Source: Vicugna vicugna
Lineage: Eukaryota
Reading direction: 5' to 3'
Assembly: GCA_013265495.1 (NCBI GenBank)
Contig: MU058687.1
Span: 4,834,093-4,898,092, forward strand
DNA length: 64,000 nucleotides
Below are positions 12,088 through 24,929 of this stretch, piece after piece. Within the stretch, counting starts at the first letter, position 1; every line of letters begins with the position of its first letter. Both the position numbers and the translations under genes were made by a program. The notes beneath the pieces are model-generated. The model was given only the letters and a program-made list of their open reading frames with translations. It was not told the DNA's origin and made no database searches.

Positions 12088-12280
12088 CTCATTGAGCGCT
12101 TTCTACGTACCAGGCACCTGGTGTATTTTACCATCTTTAATCCTCAGAGCAATTGTGCAGTGAAAGTAGCACTGGAGAAAGCTGAAGTTCACGGAGGTAG
12201 AACCGAACAACTGCTGAGTGGTGTCACCAAAGGTTTAGGATGAAGTGTGCCTGATTTAGAAGCTTCTGATCTTTCCGGGA
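12088..12280 (-). mobile_element. MIR fragment
   Basis: 'cattgagcgctttctacgtaccaggcac...tttaatcctcagagcaa...gagaaagctgaagttcacggagg'. Confidence 0.65.
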
Positions 12281-12904
12281 CACGATCAAGACGTCTCAGC
12301 CAGGTCCTCTGTGCTGAGTTAGGGACGCCAGGATAACGAGGCCTTAAAAGGCATGTTGTGTGCTTCCAGATTGGGCCTCACACATTCGGTTGCACGTTGG
12401 CCTGCTATCAGGAGCCCAGTGGGATTACGTTCAGAATGGGGTACGTGCGACACAGTCACCCACCGCATGTGGGTGACTCGAGCTCTCTAAATGCGCAGAA
12501 TCACCACGAGCTTGCGCTGCAGTATGCTTTGTGAGAGGAGTCTGTGTTTTAACTTTGTGACAATTCTAATGAATATGAGCAGTCTGTCCAAGCTTCTGGC
12601 ACTATCTTATGTTCTCCAGGTAGAGACCATATACCCTTAAGTGGGTAAAAGAGGTTGATAAAAAGGATTTCCAAGGGTGAAGAAATTGAACCAAAGAATT
12701 GTTTATCCGTTCATCCATTCAGCTCAGGTGTATTATGTGCTGAGCGCTGTGCCTATGAATCTTAAAGACGTAAATGACATGGTCCATATCCTAAAGGTGT
12801 CACAGCCTAGGTGGGTTGACAAATAGGTAAACCAGCATTACAGTACAGCCAGCATAGAGGAAAACACAAGTTCTTAAGTAAACACAAAAGAGTGCATGCA
12901 AAGA

Positions 12905-13000
12905 GGGGTGGGTATAGCTCTAGTGGTAGAGCACATGCTTAGCATGCACGAAGTCCTGAGTTCAATCCCCAGTACCTCCATTAAAACAAGCACAAAAAAA
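12905..13000 (+). mobile_element. tRNA-Ala-derived SINE (Vic-1-like, short form)
   Basis: GGGGTGGGTATAGCTCTAGTGGTAGAGCACATGCTTAGCATGCACGAAGTCCTGAGTTCAATCCCCAGTACCTCCA followed by an A-rich tail. Confidence 0.9.
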
Positions 13001-13179
13001 TGTCATGTAGGTTGGATTGAGAGAGGAAGTCCAAGAAAGCTTTTCAGAAGAGCTGATGTTTGGAGTGAGGACTGAGTTTCATAGACAAATAGGAGTTAAG
13101 ACAACAAGCAGTAGGAAGGAAGTTCCTCGCCCGGTGACTAGCGTGGGAGAGCACACGGTTCTGCATAGCTGGGGAGGGA

Positions 13180-13609
13180 TGTATTGGTTGCCTAAGGCTG
13201 TTGTAACAAATTGCCACAAACTTACCAGCTTAAAACAAAGAAGTTTATTTTCCCGTAGTTCTGGAGGTTTCACATCTGAAATCACGGTGCCAGCAGGTTG
13301 GTTCTTTCTGGAGACTCTGAGCAAGAATCCCTTCCATGTGTTTCTCCGAGGTTCTGGTTGTTAGCACCCGTCATTCCGGTCTCTTCTTCCGTCTTCACAT
13401 CAGCTTTTCCCCTGTGTTTCTCCTCTTCCATCTGCGTCGTCTTCTCTTCTTATAAGGACACTTGTCGTTGGGTTTAGGGCCCACCTAGATAATCCACATG
13501 ATCTCATCTCAAAGTCATTGCATTCTCAAAGACCTTTTTCTAAATGAGGTCACACTCACGTGTTCTAGGTCAGCTGGTCTCTTGGGGGGCCACCCTTCAG
13601 CCCACTGCA
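13180..13609 (-). mobile_element. MaLR solo LTR, MLT1C-like
   Basis: TG...CA termini. 'tgtattggttgcctaaggctgttgtaacaaattgccacaaact', 'cttataaggacacttgtcgttgggtttagggcccacc', 'ggggggccacccttcagcccactgca'. Confidence 0.88.
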
Positions 13610-15789
13610 AGTCGTGAAGTGGTGACCTGTTGAGGTAGGAAAGAGGCACGGCCAGGTCTTCCAGGCCCTCGTGTACCTGCAAAGGCGTGTGGGCTTTATC
13701 TACACAGAACTAGGCAGTCGTTGGAATTTTAGTAGTGGAACTGACATCTATCTGTGGAAAACACTTAATTATATTTATACTGTTAATGCCGCCAGCCAAA
13801 GACCATCAGGAACCCTCCCGTGGTTAGCTGCCTTACGTTTGTTACTGGTCGCAGAGAGAGCGAGCACACTGTGAGGAAACGGTGTCTCAGCTGTAGCATG
13901 TTGGAGAGAAACTGTTATAAGATTTGGACTTTGGGGGGTGATTTGGAGGAGAGTTGAAGGAGGCCTGGTGTTCACTCTAGATTGAACGCTGTCCGAAAGC
14001 AGGGGCACTTCTGAAAGTGGCTCTCTCAGTAAGTCTTATCTGTAGGGACGATAGTCTAGACTAACGGCTCCGTGGTAATTGGTAAAGACGTCGCAGCCAC
14101 TAGCCGAGAGAGGAGGGTGCTTCGTATTTTGTGGGTGAGGCAGTGACTTGTTTTTGTCTGCGCCTGGACCAAATGAAGAAGTGGCTTGCTTTGTGCTGCC
14201 TCCCTTTATCGTGGTCTCGGAGTGACCCTGTCTGCGATCGGGGTTCTGTGACGTTGCTCACGTCCAGAAGGTTCATATTCCAGAGGTCAGGGGCTGCTTT
14301 ATTTTTCTTTCTCAATACCAAACTATAAAAACTATCGTGGCTAAAATTCCAGCAGTTGTAATGAAGTACCTCAACCGGAACATTCAGACTGTCCCTTAAA
14401 AGCTGTAGTAAAAGTCACAAAGTTTTCTGGAAAGAGCACTCTACCTTTGCTTATGGGAGCATCCTTCAGACTTAATTTACTTCTGAGCCACCAGTGGGAC
14501 AGCATCTATTTTAAAGATAAGAGGAGCTAACCGAGAGGCTCCTTGACTGGTGCACTCTTTTATCTAACAGTTGTAATCGCATTTTCTTCCATTTCCCCGC
14601 AGAGCCTAACTCAACCACATCCCTGGGAAGAAAGAGCTGAGAGTCCCCTATTTAAACCCTCCCCCTCCCTCTCTCTGGGGTGCTCTTTCTATTTAAATAT
14701 GATAAGTGAGTCATCTGTAGTTCTCTCTGATGAAAAACAAACAAGGGAAAGAACCCCAAACACTGCCGAGGCAAAGGTCCCTTCAGAACACAGAGCCTTC
14801 CCTGTTAGGCGGTTTCTCTTTTTAAAAGAAGGCAGGAACAGGAAAGGGCCATGGAGGCAGAAATAGCCAACAGAACTAGGCAGCAGGCTTTTCTGTGAGG
14901 GAAGATGAAAAAGGCAAGTACCTTTTTCAGTCCAGCAAGAGAAATAAAAGTATAAATACCATGTATCCGATGCCCCTAGGAATGACAGAGAAGAGGCTTT
15001 CTCCTACACTCTCACGGAGAAAAGGGCTCTCCAAAATTAAAGTCAGAGACGCTCTGTTGAAAGGAAATATTTTCCCCCCTCTAACTTATAATTAGCCTGC
15101 GATACTGGCTTTTATAGACTCTTATCAAGGCAAATTGCTCAGCGCAGTGAGTTTGGCAGGCATCATTCATACATGCGAGCGAGGAGATATCCATCACGCA
15201 CACAAGCCGGTTGTCATCTTCTAAGGTTTCAGCTGACTGTCAGTTCAGTTCAAGAAGAAATCATTTCTCTGCCTTCGTCTGTAATATTACGTATCACTTG
15301 CAACATGGGAATCTGACACCTTCAGTGACATAGCCCAGCATACTGTTGAATTGATCAGAAGTCCAGGTACGTGCAGTATCTTCTAACACTGAGATCCGAA
15401 CCTGTTTCCTTTCTGACATTCCGTTGGGATCGAAGCCAGGAGCAGAGGTGGGTAATGAGGCTTCTCAGTGCCCCTCACGTTCCAGGTCAGCTTGTCTATC
15501 CCTGGCAGAGAGATGGATGTGCTAACGGCTCCGGGGGCTCGCAGTGTCCCTTGTGGAGATGCCGCTGGGCCATGTGTGCTCCTTGGGTCTCTGGGTGACG
15601 GGGCTTGCACTGGCTGTGCCTGACAGCCTGAGCTGGAGGGTTGGCTGCATTTGGCATGACATGGTTGGCACAGGCCACCTCAGACCTTGAAAACTTGGAG
15701 CTGATGCAGAGGTGGATAAACACGTTGAAGGCAGGTTGCCAACCCAAGTTCTTCGCGGGGCCAGACAGGTAATGTGCCTGAAGAAAGCC

Positions 15790-15995
15790 AGCAACTCTGG
15801 GGACAGTGACCCCTCAGCTCTCACTGGTTATGATCATTCAAGGATGTGGGCCCTTAGTTGCCAGTTTTTCAAGAGAAGTCAAGAGTCTGGTGCACATGAT
15901 AAATTCCTTGACTTTCGAGTATTGGCATCTAATCAGGCCTCCAGCTGGCCACATTAAACAATTTGCCTTCGGAGCTGCCATTTTGTAACCTGCAC
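15790..15995 (+). mobile_element. hAT-Charlie DNA transposon fossil, MER103C-like
   Basis: 'gggcccttagttgccagtttttcaagagaagtcaagagtctg...gagtattggcatctaat...gctgccattttgtaacct'. Confidence 0.55.
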
Positions 15996-17041
15996 TAAGG
16001 GCACGTTTCTTTGCTTCCTGATACTTGTACAGAAGCTCTGTGGACTCAAGTTGTAGGGCATCATTAATCTCATCCCAAGAAGTGAAAACTTGAAAAAGAT
16101 AAGCATGGATAATGAAAACACTTCTCAAATGTCACAGTGTCCCCATAGAGCTAGGGTGGTTGAATTAAGGGGCACAGCTGAACTTTTAGTTCTGCTTCTA
16201 TAACTGAACAGTTAGTAACGGTGCCCTGGGGCAGAGTTGGGTCCCTGAACAAGCACTAGACAAATAGTACAACACCAGTACACGGGGAAGGCAGAGCACA
16301 CGCTCCTTGCCTTTGAAAAGATTGCGAATTCATTGAGTGTACTATGTTAACATGGATGAAATAATTAGAAAAAAATGCAAAGATAGCATATAAGCAAGTG
16401 GACTCTTAAAAAGTTTGATGATTCAGTTTACTTCTTTCACAGCATCTCTTCTTAATAGTGGTCAAAAGAGAGACTAGAAGAGCAGCATGGTTGCCGTATG
16501 ACTTCCTAGATGACTGCCATTTCTGTTGGATACCATTGGATATTAACAGGCAAAATGAGTAAGAAGTTGGCCCTTCCAGACCCTGAAGTTCTAGAATTTA
16601 TGGCACTTTTGGAAAAACGGTCCTCCTAAGTCACTAGTTCTAAGGGCAGCTATGAATGTTAGCAGATTTATGAATTGAAAACTATAGTATTAAGAACCAA
16701 ATAGCTTAGATCACCCTCCCAAGAACCACTGTGTAAATCATGTGTTCTTAAATTGTAGTTCCTTGAGGATAGCCCTCCAGGGGATCTCATAAACACTGAA
16801 GAGAACCTCTGTTTTCCTCGGGAGAGGATTCAACCTCAGATAACCCATGTTTGAGGTCTAGAAATGGTCACTCTGTCCCATGCTCCTCGGTCCCAGGAAA
16901 CCTTACCAGTGAACTACAGGGTAGACCACCAAGATAGCCCACCCTTGGAATGGTGTGTGACCCTTGCTTCTTTGGTTGGTTTTTGGTCTGTTTTCTCTTG
17001 TTTGTGTGCTTGTCTCTGTGTTTTTTAAGCCCCTTGATTCC

Positions 17042-17531
17042 TGTATTAGTTTTCTATGGCTGCTACAATAAATGACCACAAATTTCATGGCATAAAACAA
17101 CATAATTTATTATCTTACAGTTCTGTAAGTTAGAAGTCGAACTTCTAGAAGTCTGGGTAGAGTCAATGTGTCAGTAGGATAAGCTTCTTTCTGGAGGCTC
17201 TAGGCAAGAATCCGTTTCCTTGTCTTTCCCAGCTCCTAGAGGTCACCTGCTTTCCTTAGCTTGTGGGTCCTTTCCTCATTTCAGAGGCAGCGGCATCAGG
17301 CTGAGGGCTTCTTGTGCTTCTGCTGTGCCTCTGGCGCTCTCTTCTGACTCCCTTTTCCATTTTAAGGGCCTTGCAAGTACATTGGGCTCACCTGGATAAT
17401 CCAGGCTACTCTACATATGTCCAGGTCAGCTGATTAGCAACCTCAGTTCCCCTGGATCGTGGAAGGCAATGTATTCAAACGTTTGCGGGATTAGGACATG
17501 TGCACTTTGGGGCAGCCACTATTCTACCACA
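17042..17531 (-). mobile_element. MaLR solo LTR, MLT1D-like
   Basis: TG...CA termini. 'tgtattagttttctatggctgctacaataaatgaccacaaattt', 'cacctggataatccagg', 'ggattaggacatg'. Imperfect 5-bp TSD attcc / cttcc. Confidence 0.88.
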
Positions 17532-17671
17532 CTTCCCAATGTCTCTGTCTGGAGAAACTGAGTAACTTCTTTTTCACATCAAGAAATGGAATCTGGCAAT
17601 CTGATTAAAGTATGTTCACATGCAATACATGACCTCTTCATCCACACCAATAAATTACTTGTCTGTGATCT

Positions 17672-17900
17672 GGGCAGGCAGTGTAATATTCAATGGAAAA
17701 GACGTGGGCTTTGCATTCAGACAAACCTGGGTGCGAGTTCCTACTCCGGCATTTACCGGCTTTATAACTTCTGGCAAGCTAAAATACAGTTTAAGGCATA
17801 CGTTCCTTTCTTCTGAAATGAAGAAAATACATCCCTCATATGATTGCTTTGCTTAAATTAAACAGAAATGACGTGTCAGCATCAGAGTAGAAATGTAATC
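17672..17900 (+). mobile_element. MIR SINE
   Basis: 'ggcagtgtaatattcaatggaaaagacgtgggctttgcattcagacaaacctgggtgcgagttcctactccggcatttacc'. Confidence 0.8.
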
Positions 17901-20204
17901 GATGGTATTATTATTTCCTGAAATGCTGAGTTCCACGTCAATACTGCTCGGTAAAACCAGTTAAAGAAACCAGATTCTGTGTTTCTGTTTAATGAATTGC
18001 ATTTAATGAAAAACATTTCCCTGGGGTGTTTGTCTGATTTGCGTGTTAGCATATGCGAGATGTTTGAATTTCAAAGATGAAAAAGTGATTTCTAAGTGCG
18101 AAATGGTGCCACTGTCCTTATCATTAAACAGGTAATATGACCCTTTGGGGGGGGTGGGGGGTACATGGATATCAGGAGAATAAAAAGATGGGTACAAAGA
18201 AAGAAGACTCAGAGTTACTTAGAATTAAGAAAATGAATCCTTACTGTCAATGTAAGTCTCCCAACTGCTGTGCAAGTGGTGGATAGATTTTCTTCTCCAC
18301 TAGATTTACTTTCTGATATCCAAGTTTATCGCTCAAGCAAGGACTATTCATCAAGCCATTTTCCATCGATAACCCCAGCTGAAGCCTGACAGGCTGAGTG
18401 TTTATTATTCACTCTTAAAAGGCTGGAGCTCATTTGCTTCTGCCGTGGGGAGAGGAGCAGACCCAGAGAGAGAGAGGAATGAAAGCACTCAACGAAATGG
18501 CCATTCGTTGCCGTCAAGCTTGAATAATACAAAGGTGTAAAACAACCAGGAAAAGCCCCAGTTACGGCTGGAAATCAAATATTGATCAACTGATCCCTTA
18601 ATTTACTGGCTACCCATTTAAGGATCCAATTCCCATTTATTCATTCAACAAATGTTTTCAAGCTCTTCCTGTGGAGCAGACCCCGCACAAGGTCAAAGGA
18701 AATACTGTGCCAGGGCTCATCTCAACCCCCGACATGCACAAAAATTCAACCTGGAGCTGTGAGAAATTAAATAACCTTTCATTTCTGAAGACTGGGTGCT
18801 TTGAAAAACATCAGTGCTTGTCATTACGTGATGTAGTGTAGGATCCTACAACAATCTTTTTCTGGCAGGCACCACCATGAAGAGCAATGGCTTACTATGG
18901 GGACCGTTTAACACTCTGCAGAATGAGGGGACTACATTGTGTGTGGCCTCCAGAAACCCGCCTTCAAACAGCAGCAATGCTACTACTGCCACACACACTG
19001 AACACACTGAGTAAAACTGGATAAATAGTGAAGAATCTGAATTCAGTGACTTAGCAAGCCAAATCTTGCTTCAAATTATATTGACTTTATGTGTTCCCTT
19101 GTGGGGTTTTTGAGGTGCCTCGTAAGCTGAAAGAAAAGATTTTAAGCTATTGGTCCTTCATGAGGTCCTTTCTCTTCAATCTGGTGTAAGCAAAGGCCAT
19201 TTCTGTAACATACGGGTGCTCAGAGGGGATGATGTTCATAGAATGGAGGACAGTGAGGAGGGAACCAGCAAGGAGGGGGCAGCTGGATGGTATTTGGGCA
19301 ATCACAGTGTGGATTCATTGATTTATTGGAAGGATTATAAGTTCCCCAAACACCAGAAGCACCTGTGTTCAAATAGTGATTATGTACGCAAGACATGTGT
19401 TCCAGAGCTAATTGGAGAGTCTTGGATGACCTATTATTTTGGATTTGCATTGCCTGTGACTCCTGTCCTCATGTGAACACGGCAGAATTGCAGCATATAT
19501 GTCTTTGACTTTTGCAACCTTGATGAAGGGGAGGAGGAGGTGCGAGGAGAGGTTTGTGAGATGGAATACCAGTGAGAGGACACCCTCGAATAACTGAAAT
19601 AATGTGGCATTTCTAACCACACTTTTCTTCAATGAGCTTATGCCTGGGAGTCAGAGTGAACGGACGCTTAAATCTGTCAAGCCTTCAATTTCTACGTAAA
19701 TGCCGGTCTTTCAAGGATGAGCATCTTTCCTTCTTGAGTAGAAGATAATTCTGCCCTTAAAGATACAGTACAGATTTTTCATGCAACATGGTCCCTCAAC
19801 ACAAGCAAATAACCTAACCAAACAAACAGAGAAATGTCTTCTAAAGGCAAAATGCCAGTATTATGCTTACTGACGAATGACACTGCACTGCATCCAAAGG
19901 ACCAGGTTAGGAGATTTTCGAAGATGGGTTTTGACTCTGTGATCTTCTGTGCTGACTCTGTCACTTCACCCTGTCCAAGATTGGACGCCACTGTGATCAA
20001 CACGCAGAAAGAATAACTGGCATATGGATAAAGTGACATTTGTAAGGGGAGTGATGGGGAGATCTCTCTGGATTCAGTGTTTTCCCTCTTTAATCTTTCC
20101 TGATTGCAGGTCATACACCTGTGAGCTTGCACCTGGTCTCCACTCCCCCCTGCCCACCAGCCAGGAGGAGGTGCATTTTAGAGACTGAGGAGGAGCTTCT
20201 TAAC

Positions 20205-20350
20205 AGTAAGTTAGTCAGACATGGGTTAGAACCCCAACTCAGGCAGTTGCTAACTGGATGACCTTGAAGCTGCTTGCATACTGGGTCTTACCTTCCACAA
20301 CTGTAGAATGGACTGAATGATATAGCTACTTCCCAGGATTGTCTTAGGTG
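20205..20350 (+). mobile_element. MIR fragment
   Basis: 'agtcagacatgggttagaaccccaactc...actggatgaccttg...cttccacaactgtagaatgg'. Confidence 0.65.
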
Positions 20351-21434
20351 CTTAATACACACATCTTTGAGGGAGGGCAGAGAGTAAGAGGAGATAGTTT
20401 ACAAAAAGGGATTTTTTTAAAAAAACGAACAAATAAAAATCATGGAAATCATAAGAAAAGCAAATCCAATTGATCGGGGATGATTTGCTCTCCCACTGGG
20501 ACCAAGAGAAGCAGCGGTATTTTATGTTCATGGGATTTGGTGGAAAATGCAGCTCTAGTGAAACATTGGCTATAATTACTCTATCCCTATTTCTCCAAAT
20601 GCTTTTTCTCTCTTTCCTTCTTTCTTTAAAAAACACCTGGATAGTCCTTTCTCAGCACACCAGGGTTGCATTTCTTCCCCTAAGATCACTAGAGGGCCCC
20701 AGGGTGCACCAGGCTGGTGAGCTGTCCGTCCTCACTGGGACGGGCAGAGTGGCCGGCGTTGAGCCCAGCTGGGCTGCGGGGACTTGGGGAGGGACTGGCT
20801 TTTGAACAGAAGCTCTTCTCAGTGGAACTGAAGCAGGCAAAGGGGGAGGGGACTGCTAAACCCTGGGAAGTGCGGGGAGGGGGTAAGTTGTTTGCTAATA
20901 TATCCCTGGGGAAACCTCTAGTGTTTCTGGGCATGGCTGAGTGCACTGCTCATGAAAAATGCACCAGAGCATTGTTGGCATTTGATTTCAGAAGAAGCTA
21001 CACTACCAAGAGACAACTGTCTTCTTGCCTCCAACACCCAGATGACACACATGCTTCCACTGCTCTGTTCATCCATCCAGATGTTCCCAGTGACTTGGAC
21101 AGGAAGCCTTGTGGGTTCTGTACAGAGTGTTCCACTTCTCCCTTCCAGGGAGGCGTCAGATATGACAAAGCCCGACTTGCAGTATTCTTCTTTTTACTTT
21201 GTGGTGAAGAACGCGTCAGTGCCTTTATTTCCAAATACATGTTGTTACTCTTGTTGCTGTTGTTTCAAAATTTGTTCTCCAGTGAAGCAAAATGTACCAA
21301 GGATGAGGCAAAATCAAGGGAAAGCAACTAACACCTTTTGGGTGCCTACTATGTACCAAGTACTTTGCATGTAATATTTAATATCTTTCTCACTGTAGAC
21401 CGTAGGGTGTGCAGGTTTGATTACTGCACGTTAC

Positions 21435-21610
21435 AGTGGGAAGCAGCCAAGTATTCTGGAAAGAGTATAGGGCGGCCACTTACCAGCTGTGTGAATTTAG
21501 GTAATTACTTAACACCTCTAAGCTCCGTTTTCTCTGTGTAATGAAGTTAATAATAGCAGCTAATAGCCATGTCATGAAGATTGAAAATGACTGTATTATG
21601 TAGTGTTAAA
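21435..21610 (+). mobile_element. MIR fragment
   Basis: 'ccacttaccagctgtgtgaatttaggtaattacttaacacctctaagctccgttttctc' matches the MIR core. Confidence 0.75.
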
Positions 21611-21923
21611 ATCTTTACTTGACTTAAATGAGTTGGTCAGGATTGGGAGCTACTCTTACAGAAAGGAAAGAAAAAATGAGACCCCGGGAGAATGAATTAT
21701 TTAATTTGCCTAAACACTCACAACTGGTAGGGGGTTTGGTCAAAACTCACACCAAAAAGATGTCTGGTTTTAGACTCTAAACTACTGGTTTCTAAAGGAG
21801 AAATTTAGGGCACTGTGTCCCACCTCACACTGCCCACCCCACATGGGCTGGTACCCTGTGATAAAACACATGCACACACTTCTCCTATAAGCAGCATCCT
21901 AGGAAATCTACGTAGGGGACATC

Positions 21924-21947
21924 AGAGTTAGAGAGTTAGAGAGTTAG
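21924..21947. repeat. 8-bp tandem repeat (AGAGTTAG)x3
   Basis: Three perfect copies. Confidence 0.9.
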
Positions 21948-22747
21948 CATGGGTGTCATCTGTATGGATGCAAGAGAGGGGTGCTAACCACTCTTGAGTT
22001 TAGAATATAGCTGGTCACTAAAGGCCCGGGGCAGTAGTGGGGCAGTTGGAATCACCTTTAAAGGCTCAACTGAATGTTCTCTCCTTGAGTCTCTACCTTG
22101 CACCTTGGCTGACCACTGGGAGAAAACTATCAAAGTGGCTTGACAGCCTCACTGTGTCCTGTTTATTATTGTTTTTATTAACATTCAGCACAATATGTGT
22201 AAGATACCTTTTGAGGAAAGAGCAAGAACCTCTCCACTGAGAGCTAAGCACATTATTTGGCGGAGCTCTGACTGGCTAATGTGTTCTGATGGGATCATCC
22301 ATATCATGGCCACAAGCAAGGCTTTGATGGAAGGAAAGCCAAGAAAGGTCAGTTTTGATGCAAATTATGTTCTGATATATACTATTATTAGTGTTTTTGT
22401 TTGGGTGTTTTGGGGTTGTTGTTGTTTTGGTGGAATGTTTGATTTCAAATGTTGGAAGTTGGGGAAATAATTGAGAAAGAATATTCCAAGTAAACTACAG
22501 AGAGGACTGCTCAGTGAGTCAAAGGACACATGGGAGCATTTGATGGGATGCAGGTGATGCACAAAAACTTGGGGAGTGGAGGGCAGAAAACAAAGAAGAG
22601 AGAAGATACTGGAATTAGCATGGAAGACCAACAAATTGGAAACCAGTGTAGCTGAAAGACATCGTCTATTCTATTAATTCTCTGCCAAAGAAGTCATGGT
22701 TCTTTTAGTTTCTTATTAAACATGACAAAATCCAATTATTTAGACCT

Positions 22748-23528
22748 ACCCCCAGCCCCTGGTAACCACGATTCTAATCTCTATTTCTAAGAGTTTGGCT
22801 TTTTTTGTTAGATTCCACATGTAAATGAGATCATACAGTATTTGTCTTTCTCTGTTTGACTTATTTTACTTAGCGTGACACCCTCAAGTTCCATCCATGC
22901 CATTGCAAATGGCGAGATTTCCTTCTTTCTCATAGCTGAATAATATTTTATTATATGCAAAAGTCCCACATCTTCTTTATCCACCCAGCCTTTGATGGGC
23001 ACTTCAGTTGCTTGCCTATCTTGGCTATTGAGAATAATGGTACAAGAAATATGGGGTGTTTCTTCAATACCCTGCTTTTATTTTCTTTGGATATATACCC
23101 AGAAGTGGGATTGCTGGATCAAACGGTAGTTCTGTTTTTAAATTTTGAGGAATTCTCCGTAGTAGCTACACCAGTTTACACCCCAGCAATAGTGCACAAG
23201 GGTTCCTTTTTGTAGAGTGTTTTTGCCAACACTTGTTATCTCTTGTCTTTTGATAACAGCCATTCTAACAGGTATAAGGGGGCATCTCATGCTTTTGATT
23301 TACATTTCCCTGATGATGAGTGATGTTAAGCATCTTTGTACCCATGGCCACTTGTGTGTCTTCTTTGGGAAAATGTCTATTCAGTCCCTCTGCCCATATT
23401 CTCATTGGATTCTTTGTTTTTTGTTTTTACTGTTACATAAATATATACATTATGTATTTGTTAATTTTGGACTTCAATCACTTATCAGATATATGGTTTG
23501 CAAATATTTTCTTCCATTTCATTGGTTA
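22748..23528 (-). mobile_element. L1 (L1MA/L1MB-age) ORF2 3' end and 3'UTR fragment
   Basis: Minus-strand ORF 22808-23002 (YYSAMRKKEISPFAMAWMELEGVTLSKISQTEKDKYCMISFTCGI) matches the L1 ORF2 C-terminus. Typical antisense motifs include 'cccagaagtgggattgctggatca' and 'aacagccattctaacaggt'. Confidence 0.93.
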
Positions 23529-23529
23529 C

Positions 23530-24120
23530 CTCAGAGGAGGTGATTCTGAGCTGGGCCTTGGCCGTTGCTGAGATTTGAATGGATGCAAAAGAGAAGAGAG
23601 GGCACTCTCATCGAAAGCATGATGTGTTTATAAAAAAGAGAAGAAAAGCAAGGAAACTAAATTGTCTGGATGAGATGACATTTTGGGGAGGATAAGACAT
23701 GATGCAGTTGGATAACGTGTCAGAAACTCAGCTGACTCCTTTATTTACTTTCTATATGACCCTGCAGAGTAATGGGTACCACTTACTGGGTTTACATCGG
23801 TGGTAGGCAGTATATGAGCTGCTGGGGACCTAGAGAGGATGAGGTCTGGTGTTTGACCTTACGTCCTCAGAATACAAGCTTTGATAAAGTCACAAAGCAA
23901 GTTTGTTCTGGAATTCATAGGGAGAGATATATCTTACATAGATCTTATCTAGGGAGCAAGCGGGACAGAAACACTTGCTCTGCTTGCTGGATTCAGGAAA
24001 GGCTTTGCAGAGATAGTGAAGTCTCCCCCAGGTGATGAAGGCTGTCTAGAAGTTTGCCAAACTGAGAAGACGGAGGAGGCATTCCAGGCAGGATGAACAG
24101 CATGTTCAAAGGCACAGTGT
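23530..24120 (-). mobile_element. L2 fragments
   Basis: 'cagaggaggtgattctgagctgggcctt', 'tcaggaaaggctttgcagag', 'ggcattccaggcaggatgaacagcatgttcaaaggcacag'. Confidence 0.7.
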
Positions 24121-24929
24121 AGTCCCATAGTCCTAAATTACATTTCTCTTTATTTCAGCTAAGAAAAAAAAGCCTGTTTCACTGATCCTGAGGCCAGTGC
24201 ACATTTGCATTCTACCTTACATATTTTCACCTTGCCAACTTGCTTTGTTTGCAGACCATAATTTTTCAGCTTATCTCTACAGTGGTTTCCCAGCCAAATT
24301 ACCCCACTAAAATAATGCTAGAAATGTATCATCCTCCGTCTTCTGCTGCTGCTGTCACTGGCTGTTTGTGTCCCTACCTTTCAGCCAACTGCCGTGGAGA
24401 CTGGAAAGAGGAATACAAATTGCTCCAAAACTGAACGCAGGCCCCTCTCATCAGCAGCAGAGTGTGGGTGCACTGGGCACATTATCTCCCACAAACACCA
24501 TTTTAATCCACAGTGGCGAGCAGGAGAGAAAAATGCTTGCCCTTTACAGAACATCCCTGGGAGAGTGGGCCATTGTGTAGCATCGGTTGTTAGAGTCAGT
24601 ATCTATAAGCCTGACTTGGATCTTCCATTTCATTTGTCCATTCATTTTCTAAGTGGCATTTTATATATAGTATTCTCTGTGAGGCAAGCATAGACGAGCA
24701 TAATCACCATCTTGTAAAAGGGGAAATTGAGTGAAGGAAATGCTTACTGAATGGATGGATAGGAAGATGAAATTACTTCATTGCAGCAAACGTTTCTGAG
24801 TATCTATTGTGTTGCAGTCATAATGCTAGGGACAAGGTATATGGATGCAAATAAAATACATGTAATTCCACTGTGCTTCTGTTCACAATCTGCTCTGTCC
24901 CTGAGACCCCTTGACCTCTGCTCACACTG

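Larger units (their letters stand above)
12700..13760 (-). mobile_element. L2 3' fragment split by a SINE (12905-13000) and an MLT1 LTR (13180-13609)
   Basis: Antisense L2 3' end 'ttcatccattcagc...tatgtgctgagcgctgtgc'. Continues as 'aagaaagcttttcagaagagctgatgtttg' after the SINE, and resumes after the LTR as 'ggccaggtcttccaggccctc...gggctttatct'. Confidence 0.7.

Noticed and set aside
12905..12980. Functional tRNA-Ala(AGC) gene
   Set aside because: There are mismatches in the acceptor, anticodon and T stems, a SINE-type 5' extension, and an A-rich tail instead of a T-run terminator. The same logic applies to the copies at 181, 479 and 55701.
13017..13364. ORFs overlapping LTRs (also 36347-36765, 38711-39070, 42466-42819)
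   Set aside because: These are incidental frames through MLT1, MER21 or L2 sequence.
20717..21331. 204-aa plus-strand ORF
   Set aside because: It has a non-ATG start, no recognisable domain, a low-complexity LLLLL stretch from a (TTG)-like run, and no convincing splice context.
22808..23002. 64-aa ORF with real protein similarity
   Set aside because: It is the decayed C-terminus of L1 ORF2, not a host gene.
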